Positions 56,683 through 64,000 of a DNA stretch of 64,000 nucleotides are shown here, in pieces. The stretch's first letter is position 1. Each line of letters opens with the position of its first letter. The stretch is from the human T2T-CHM13v2.0 reference genome, Homo sapiens, in the NCBI RefSeq assembly GCF_009914755.1, contig NC_060947.1; one strand, 5' to 3'. The notes beneath the pieces were generated by a model. It was not told the origin of the DNA, searched no databases, and was given only the letters and a program-made list of their open reading frames with translations. A program made the translations under genes and the position numbers.

Positions 56683-59165
56683 AATATCCTTGAAGAACAT
56701 AGATACAAAAATCCTCAACAAAATGCTCGCAAACTAAGTCCAGCAGCATATCAAAAAGTAAATTCATGAAAATCAAGTAGGTTTTATTCCTGGGATGCAA
56801 AGTTGGTTCAATATATGCAAATCAATAAATGTGATTCACCACATAAACAGAATTAAAAACAAAAAAAGATCATCTCAACAGATGCAGAAAAAGCTTTTAT
56901 AAAATCCAATATCCCATCATAATAAAAACCTTCAACAAACTAGGCATCACAAAGCATACCTCAAAATAACAAGAGCCATCTATGACAAACTCACAGCCAA
57001 CATCATACTGAATAGGCAAAAGCTAAAAACTTTCCCCTTGAGAACTGCAACAAGACACAAGGATGTCTGTCCACTCTCCCCACTCCTATTCAAGATAATA
57101 CCAGAAGTCCTAACCAGAGAAATTAGGAAAGAGAAAGAAATAAAAAGGATACACATATGAAAAGAAGTCAAACTATCTCTTTTCTGACTATATGACTGTA
57201 TAGCTAGAAAAACCTAAAGAGTTCACGAAATGCTTCCTAGAATTGATAACTTCAGTAAAGTTTCAGGATACAAAATTAATGTATAAAAATCAGTATTATT
57301 TCTATACATCATTAACATTTAAGTCAAGAGCCAGATCAAGAATGGAATGCAATCCCATTTATGATAACCAAGGAAACCTTAGGAATACAGCTAACCAAGG
57401 AGGTAAATGATCTTTATAAGGATAACTACAAAATATTGCTGAAAGAAATCAGAAAAGACACAAAGGTCTTGTTTCATGCTAATGGATTTCATTTTCATGC
57501 TAATGGATTGGAAGGTCCAGATCATTAAGAAGGCCATACTGCCTAAAGCAATCTATACATTCAATGCAATTCAAATCAAAATACCAAAGTCATTTTTCAC
57601 AGAATTAGAAAAAAAAACCCTAAAATTTGTATGGAACTATAAAAGAGCCCAAATAGCCAAAGCAATCTTACATTTAGAAAAAAAGCTAGAGTCATCATAT
57701 TACCTGACTTTAAAGTGTACTACAAAGCTATAGTAACCAAAACAGCATGGTATTTGGTAGAAAAAAAAAGACACATAGACCAGTGAAACACATTATAGAA
57801 ACCAGAAATAAAGCAGCACACCTACAACCATCTGCTTTTCATCAAAGTCGATAATAACAAGCAATGGGGAAAGGACTTTCTTTTCAATAAATGGAGCTGA
57901 GATAACTGGCTAGCTATAGGCAGAACAATGAAACTGGACCTCTACCTATCACCATATACAAAAATTAACTCAAGGTGGATTAAATACGTAAATGTAAGAC
58001 CTTAAACTAGAAAAATCCTAGAAGAAAACTTAATAAATATGCTTCTCCACACTGACCTTGGCAATAAATTTATGGCTAAGTCCTCAAAAGCAATTGCAAT
58101 AAAAATAAAAATTGACAAGTGGGATCTAATTAAACTAAAGAGCTTCTGCACAGCAAAAGAAACCATCATCAGGGTAAACAGATCACTTATAGATGGGAGA
58201 AAATATTCACAAACTATGCATCCAATAAAGATCTAATATCCAGAATCTATAAGGACCTTAAATCAACAAGCAATAAACAAATAACCCCATTAAAAAGTGG
58301 GCAAAGGACATGAACAGACACTTCTCAAAAGAGAACATACAAGCAGTTAACAAACATGAAGAAAATGCTCATCGTCACTAATTATCAGAGAAATGCAAAT
58401 CAATACCCTAATAAGATACCACCATGTTACACCAGTCAGAATGGCTATCATCAACAAGCAGAAAAAACAAAACAAAAACAAAAACAAAAAAAAAGAAAAA
58501 GAAACAGATGTTTGCAGGTCTACGGAAAATAGGGCATGCTTATACACTGTTATTGGGAATATAAATTAGTTCATCCACTGTGGAAAGCAGTTTGGAGATT
58601 TCTCAAAGAACTTAAAACAGAACTACCCTTCAACCCAGCAATCCCATTACTGGATATATACCCAAAGGAAATAAACTTTTCTATCAAAAAGACTCATGTG
58701 TGCATATATTCATTGCAGCACTACTCACAATAGCAAAGGCATGGAATCAAGCTAAGTGCCCATCAATGGTGGGTTGGATAAAGAAAATGTGGCATATATA
58801 CACCATGAAATAGTACACAGCTATAAGAAGAATAAAATCATGTTTTTTGCAGCAACATAGATGTTGTTGGAGGCCATTATCCTAAGTGAACTAACACAGA
58901 AAAAGAAAATAAAAGACCACATGTTCTCACTTATAAGTGGGAGCTAAACATCGGGTACACATGGACATAAAGATGAGAACAGACACTGGAGAGTACAAGA
59001 AAAGCGGGGGAAGGAAGGGGTAAGAGTTGAAAAACTACCTATCAGGTACTATCCTTACTACCTGGGTGATGAGTTTAATCATACCCCAAACCTCAGCATC
59101 ACACCATGTACCTTTGTAACAAAGCTGCACATGTACCCTTGAATCAAAAATTAAATATGAAACTA

Positions 59166-59820
59166 AAAAGTGTCTCCCATTTTATCACACACAATACTAA
59201 AAAGACATGTCCTTCGGGGGAAAATATTTAATTTAATTATTATCCTAAATAAAACTCCTGATTTTCCCATGAATGCATATCATTGAAGAACAGAAGCTTG
59301 TAAAGTCAGGTACCACCATCATGATTCATGCCAAGTCTCTGCCAATTTAACCACTACTGCCTCCTGTACCATTTGCATAAATGCTGATACTGTGATAAAA
59401 GACCAATACTTAGTATTATTAACAGTAACCAGGTCAGAATTATTTTCTTTAAGACAGCATTGTATTTTAACATTATAATACTCTTATTAAAGGTATTATT
59501 ATAAGTACTGTGTATAAGTAGTATTATGATGCTTAATATTTTCTTAATATACCTAATAAATTATTTTCTTAATAATTTTTATCTTGTTATCCTCCTGAAA
59601 TTGGTCACTGGCACCCGAGAAGTCCATAGAACATACTTTGAGAACTGCTGCACTAATGAATATAGCAATTAATAATAGTCAAAGACCAAGTAATGGAAGA
59701 AAATGGGGTCTGAATAGAACGATTAGTAGGACACTACTGCATTTTGAGATTTGGAAATAATAAAAATGTTGAACTTCCTTGGATGGCAATAAAAACAAAT
59801 AAATACCAAAATTAAAAGAG
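59166..59820 (+). other. Putative L1 3'-transduced segment with poly(A) signal and decayed A-tail
   Basis: Non-L1, non-env sequence between the L1 3' end and the resumed env. AATAAA at 59759-59764, A-rich run 59788-59817, and a MER5/hAT-like end CATACTTTGAGAACTGCTG near 59632-59650. Confidence 0.65.
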
Positions 59821-60790
59821 GTTAATACAAGAAACTCACGCAGCTGTCATTTAGGGCTGTTTCGTATAATTGATTAGGACTTTTACATGACAAACAACAT
59901 CCTCAATACCCAGTTGTGGCAAAAAGATGGAAGCTAAATTATCATACTAACAAAATACAGAAGAAACCCAATAAGACTGTACATAAAGAAGATTTTCAGG
60001 CTTTGGAAGATTTTTGACCTTGTGCCTGGGCACAACCTAAAGAACACCATCCTAACCATGCTGAGGTAACCACAGCAATAGATTCGTGCAGCACAACCAA
60101 GCTGTTCCATTTGGAGATAGCCAACAAACACCTGGTCACTGTTCCCATTCAGTGGCATGCCAATTAGTACATTGTAACATAATGGTGTGGATACATAGTT
60201 CTTTGGATATCTGCTACATATCTTTAGTGTTATTGGGCCATGTATCTTTTGTGTGATTCTTCTGTTTTCAACATAAAGGGGCCTGCTGACTAAGCTGACC
60301 AAAAGAGGGAGTAAGCCAGATAAAACCATACCATATTTGTATTATACAAGCACCGAATTGAGTTATCTTATCTCTCAATTGTGGCAATGCCAGAGTGAAG
60401 GTTAATGAATTTGTTTCTTTTACTGAAAAGCTCTTCCCACACTCTTTGCTTTGCAAAATATTATTAATAAGTCAAAGATGTATATCATCCTTAGTCATAC
60501 CAGTGTTAAGCACTTGACTTTTCTTGAAAAGCATAGATATGTTTCTGATATGTTATACAATCTTGTTCTTGGAGAGGAGATGCCCACTATGGAGGCTAAA
60601 GCCACTGGAAAAGGGCATGAAGTTGCATACCCAACAAGTATTTTTATGTAACCTGTTGGCATAATCCTGAGCCTATTGTAAGAACAGGTTTGTTTCATGG
60701 GGAAAAGCTGGTAGTAGTATCAACAAAACATAAGAGCTAGGTATGAAAAGAAAGAAATTTAATGAGAACTTATAATACCTTCCCATTTAT
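59821..60790 (-). pseudogene. env: ERV env SU and TM N-terminus remnant
   Basis: Minus strand reads ETNLFLQ*AQDYANRLHKNTCWVCNFMP (CXXC at 60625-60636) and LASIFLPQLGIEDVVCHVKVLINYT/ALNDS at 59830-59937. Confidence 0.85.
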
Positions 60791-60899
60791 TACCCATTAT
60801 TAATATGAAGCATTCATTTAGATACAGGCCTGGTCTGGTGACTTGGGAAAGCTGACTACTTCAGATGTCATCTTCTTCTCACCCTTGTTGATTCTTGAG

Positions 60900-63800
60900 G
60901 ATTTCAATTTTAGATCACTAGTTTGAGATGAAGTCAAATTGGCAAGGTAGATTTCTTTAAATGAGTGATATGTATGCAGGAATCAATTCCTTTTAGCTTG
61001 GTGACACACGGGTTGCTTAAGAGCACCTAAATAAGGTCCCTGTCACCTTGGCTGGAGAGAGTCTTTTTAAAAATGTCATTTCCAATAGACAATATCTCCT
61101 AAAGTCCATGGTCTGAGTTTTTGTCTCCCGGGAGCCCACCGTAGAAACAGTCTTTTACTAAATTAGTTTTTAGTTAGCTGCTTTATAAAGCCACTGCAAT
61201 AATAAAACATATTTAATTTTAATATCATAGATTCCAGATTTCCTGAAGACAATTTCATAGGTCTGCTCATTATAATTTCAAACAGAGACAGTTGGTGCTT
61301 ACCAAAAGGGGACGATCTTAGGTTAAGCAAGACCAATGGAAGAACTTTTGGCCAAGGCATTTTTAAAAACCTCAGTTAATTTTGCCAATTGAGTTTTGAT
61401 TATTCTGTTCGTACATTCCAATAACTCAGATGTCTGGGAACGATAGGCACAATTGAAATGTTGGAGAATGGGTCAGATTTTGCATACTGACTGTATTATT
61501 TGTTCAGTAAAATGATTACCTCTGTTGCTCAGAAGTTCTAGAGGAACTCCTCAAGTCAGAATAATTTTCTCTATGAGAATTTTACTTACTGCTAAGGTTG
61601 TTGCTCTTCTGAATGGAAATGCTTCTGCTCAATGAGAAAACATACAAACCATCACTAAAATATACTTGTATCCTTGTGGTGGTTGTAGCTGAATAAAATC
61701 TAGTTGCCATACCTTAAAAGGGACTTCTAGTAAAGGAAAATACCTTGAGAACTATCTAAAGGTTTCCAATAATATTGTATTTCCCAATCAACTATCTTAT
61801 CTGGGCTCCAGAGAGTTATACCTTGGGCATAAATTAAGAAAGATGACTGTAATTTAGTTGGAAGTATGGGTAGATCATTTGTTCCATACCACAGCCCAGT
61901 CTTTGAGAAGTGTGGTCCCACTTTTATTTCCCAATTTTCTTGTTCTGTTTTCAGAGCTTTAGATTGAGCTAATTTTATATCATAATCAAGTGCTTTCTTA
62001 AAAGCTAAAATGGGTTGATTTTCTTGTACAGGTGCATTTAGGGTGGCCCTTTTTGCTATATTATGTGCTCATTGGTTTCCCTTGCTTTCTGGAGTGTCTG
62101 GCTTTGAATAGGCTGGAATATTGATAATGGTTAACGACCTTGGCAATATTTTTACTTCTAATAACCTAAGACAAGCTACCCATTTTTTTATGGACTGACC
62201 GGAAGAGGTTAAATATCCTGTTTCTATAGCATCCTAAAGACATGAGATACTACAAAAGCGTATCTTCTATCTGTATAAATATTAGTACTTATTATTTTGC
62301 CAATTGAAAGGCTTTAATTCATGCAATTAACTCTGCTTACTGAGCTGAGGTTGCTGCTGAAAAAATCAGCACTTTCCATCTCTTCAGTCAAAGATGCTAT
62401 AGCACAATCTGCATGATAAATTCCAGATTCATTCTTTAAGTAAGATCCATCTGTAAAGTATATAACATCAGTATTAGTAAGGGAGGTTTCTTGCAGGTCT
62501 ATTCTAGGACAGAGAAGCTGGTTAGTTAAGATTATGCAATCATGTATCATTTTATCTGAAGGCAGAGGAAGAAGTATAGCAGGATATAGATTATTACATA
62601 TGGAGATGGTAATATGGGGAGCAAAGAGAAGAACTTCATAAGAAGCCAATCTACTAACTGAATAATATTGAGTGTGGTGCGAGTTTAGAAGTGCTTCTAG
62701 ATTTATTGTAAAAGTTACAACTTTTATTAACATGGTGGTAGCAATTTTTGCTCTCACACAAAGCGGCAATCCTTTAGCAACAGGGTCCAGTCATTGACTA
62801 TAGTATCCTACAGGTCTATTTGATCTCCATGTTTTTAAGTCAGAATGCCAAAAGTGTTTCCCCGATTTTCATAAACAAGATGAAAGATTATAATTTGGAT
62901 GTCCTAACACTGAGGCATCTTTAAGACTCTTTTTAATTGTTTCTAATGTCAACTGATTTTTCCTTGTCCATTCCAGAATGTCTCACTTATTTTGTTTTCA
63001 AAGATTATATAAAAGTTGAATTTTTAAAGAGAAGTTCGGAATCCAATTTCTACAGTATCCTGCTAACCTTAAAAACCCTCTCAGTTATTTCTTAGCTTTA
63101 GGAGTAGGGAAGGACAATATTCCTTTTATTTTACCCAGGTTGATAAAAAGGTCCTTCTTTGATCTCAGGTGACCTAAATATCTTATTTATTTCTGGCGGA
63201 ACTAAAGTCTTTCTTTTGAGACCTTGTTTCCATTTGAACCTAATTGTTGCAATAAATAAATTCCAGCATCTATACAGGTTTGCTTATCCTCTGAGCAAAG
63301 AAGTAAGTTATCTACATGCTGTATCGGGGCGGATTTCTTAAGGAACTTGATATCTGAAAGGTCTGAATTTAGTATTTGTTAAAAATAATTTAGGCTCTCA
63401 GTATACTGTCCACATATTATCTGTCTTCCCAAATGAAGATGAAGAGAAATTGACTATATTTACCCACAAGAAAGCTAAAGAATGCACTATGTAGGTCTAT
63501 TACAGTAATAATTCACTTTCAGTTGAGATGGCAGTCAACAACATATGGGGGTTTGGTCACTGGATGTTGAGGAATGACTATGTTATTCATTGCTCTCAGA
63601 TCCTGTACCAAGCTCCATCTTTTGGGTTTGGTTTTCTCATGAAGAGAACTGGAATGTTACATGGGCTTGTACAGGAATAATGAAGCCTCTTTTACATAAT
63701 TCAAAACTATAGGTCATATACTTCTCAAGGCCTCTGATATTATTTAAATTTTAGAAAAGCTTTCGATTGATATATTTGAATTTTCATTGGAACAAATGAG

Positions 63801-64000
63801 ATAATTTTCTGAAAATTATCTCAAATTTATTGAGATATTTTAATTAGTAGTTAAATTATTATTTTGAGATATTTTCTCCAAAATTATTGTTAGTGGAGGA
63901 TTTTGACCACAATTGATCAGGTACTATATTTAATAGCTCTTGTAATTATTCATTATTTAACAATTTAGTTTCCTGCATGACAATATGAATTGCAATATGT
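60900..64000 (-). pseudogene. pol: ERV pol remnant (RT, RNase H, integrase), frameshifted, continuing beyond the window
   Basis: Integrase: WPKVLPLVLLNLRSSPFGKHQLSLFEII, WQLDFIQL and a GPY module. RNase H: YFTDGSYLKNESG. RT catalytic motif decayed to HVDNLLLCS (63307-63318); IDLHSAFFS upstream. Confidence 0.92.

Larger units (their letters stand above)
44903..59165 (+). mobile_element. Full-length old L1 (3' end L1PA16/17-like), split by a nested L1 at 47017-53590
   Basis: 5' UTR start AAGACAGCTGACTAGACACAG; ORF1 remnants 46854-47016 and 53600-54125; ORF2 remnants 54340-58950; 3' UTR GTTGAAAAACTACCTATCAGGTACTAT..CCCCAAACCTCAGCATCAC. Confidence 0.85.

Noticed and set aside
57472-57509. 17-bp direct duplication TTTCATGCTAATGGATT in L1 ORF2
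   Set aside because: A small local duplication in a dead element.
59371-59383. Octamer ATTTGCAT followed by AAATG, resembling an OCT4-SOX2 composite
   Set aside because: The SOX half (ACAATG) is incomplete, and a single octamer is expected by chance.
59934-60698. Domesticated env (syncytin/HEMO-like) gene
   Set aside because: Multiple stops and frameshifts, a degenerate ISD, and a TM split by ~14.9 kb of insertions.

Overview
Primate (human-like) AT-rich, non-genic or intronic DNA, made up mostly of decayed transposable elements: many LINE-1 copies of different ages, three Alus, MIR/L2/L3 relics, MaLR/ERVL LTRs, Tigger/MER/MADE DNA-transposon fossils, and a minus-strand class I endogenous retrovirus (pol-env-3'LTR). 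I can support no intact cellular protein-coding gene, RNA gene or CRISPR array. Nearly every ORF in the supplied track is a fragment of L1 ORF1/ORF2, Tigger transposase, ERV pol/env or Alu, or is a chance ORF. I see no new 'system' in the gene sense; the interest lies in the insertion architecture. The best observation is an ERV env gene cut between two adjacent TM segments by a ~14.9 kb block. That block holds a full-length old L1, a second L1 nested in its ORF1, and ~650 bp of non-L1, non-ERV DNA ending in AATAAA plus an A-rich tail, which looks like an ancient L1 3' transduction. Also present are two twin-primed (5'-inverted) L1s, a 48-bp orphan retro-insertion, a palindromic AT-rich 19-bp VNTR, and an MLT2A2 LTR with a DUX4-like site. 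Subfamily names come from recalled consensus sequences, not a RepeatMasker run; boundaries of old elements are approximate.
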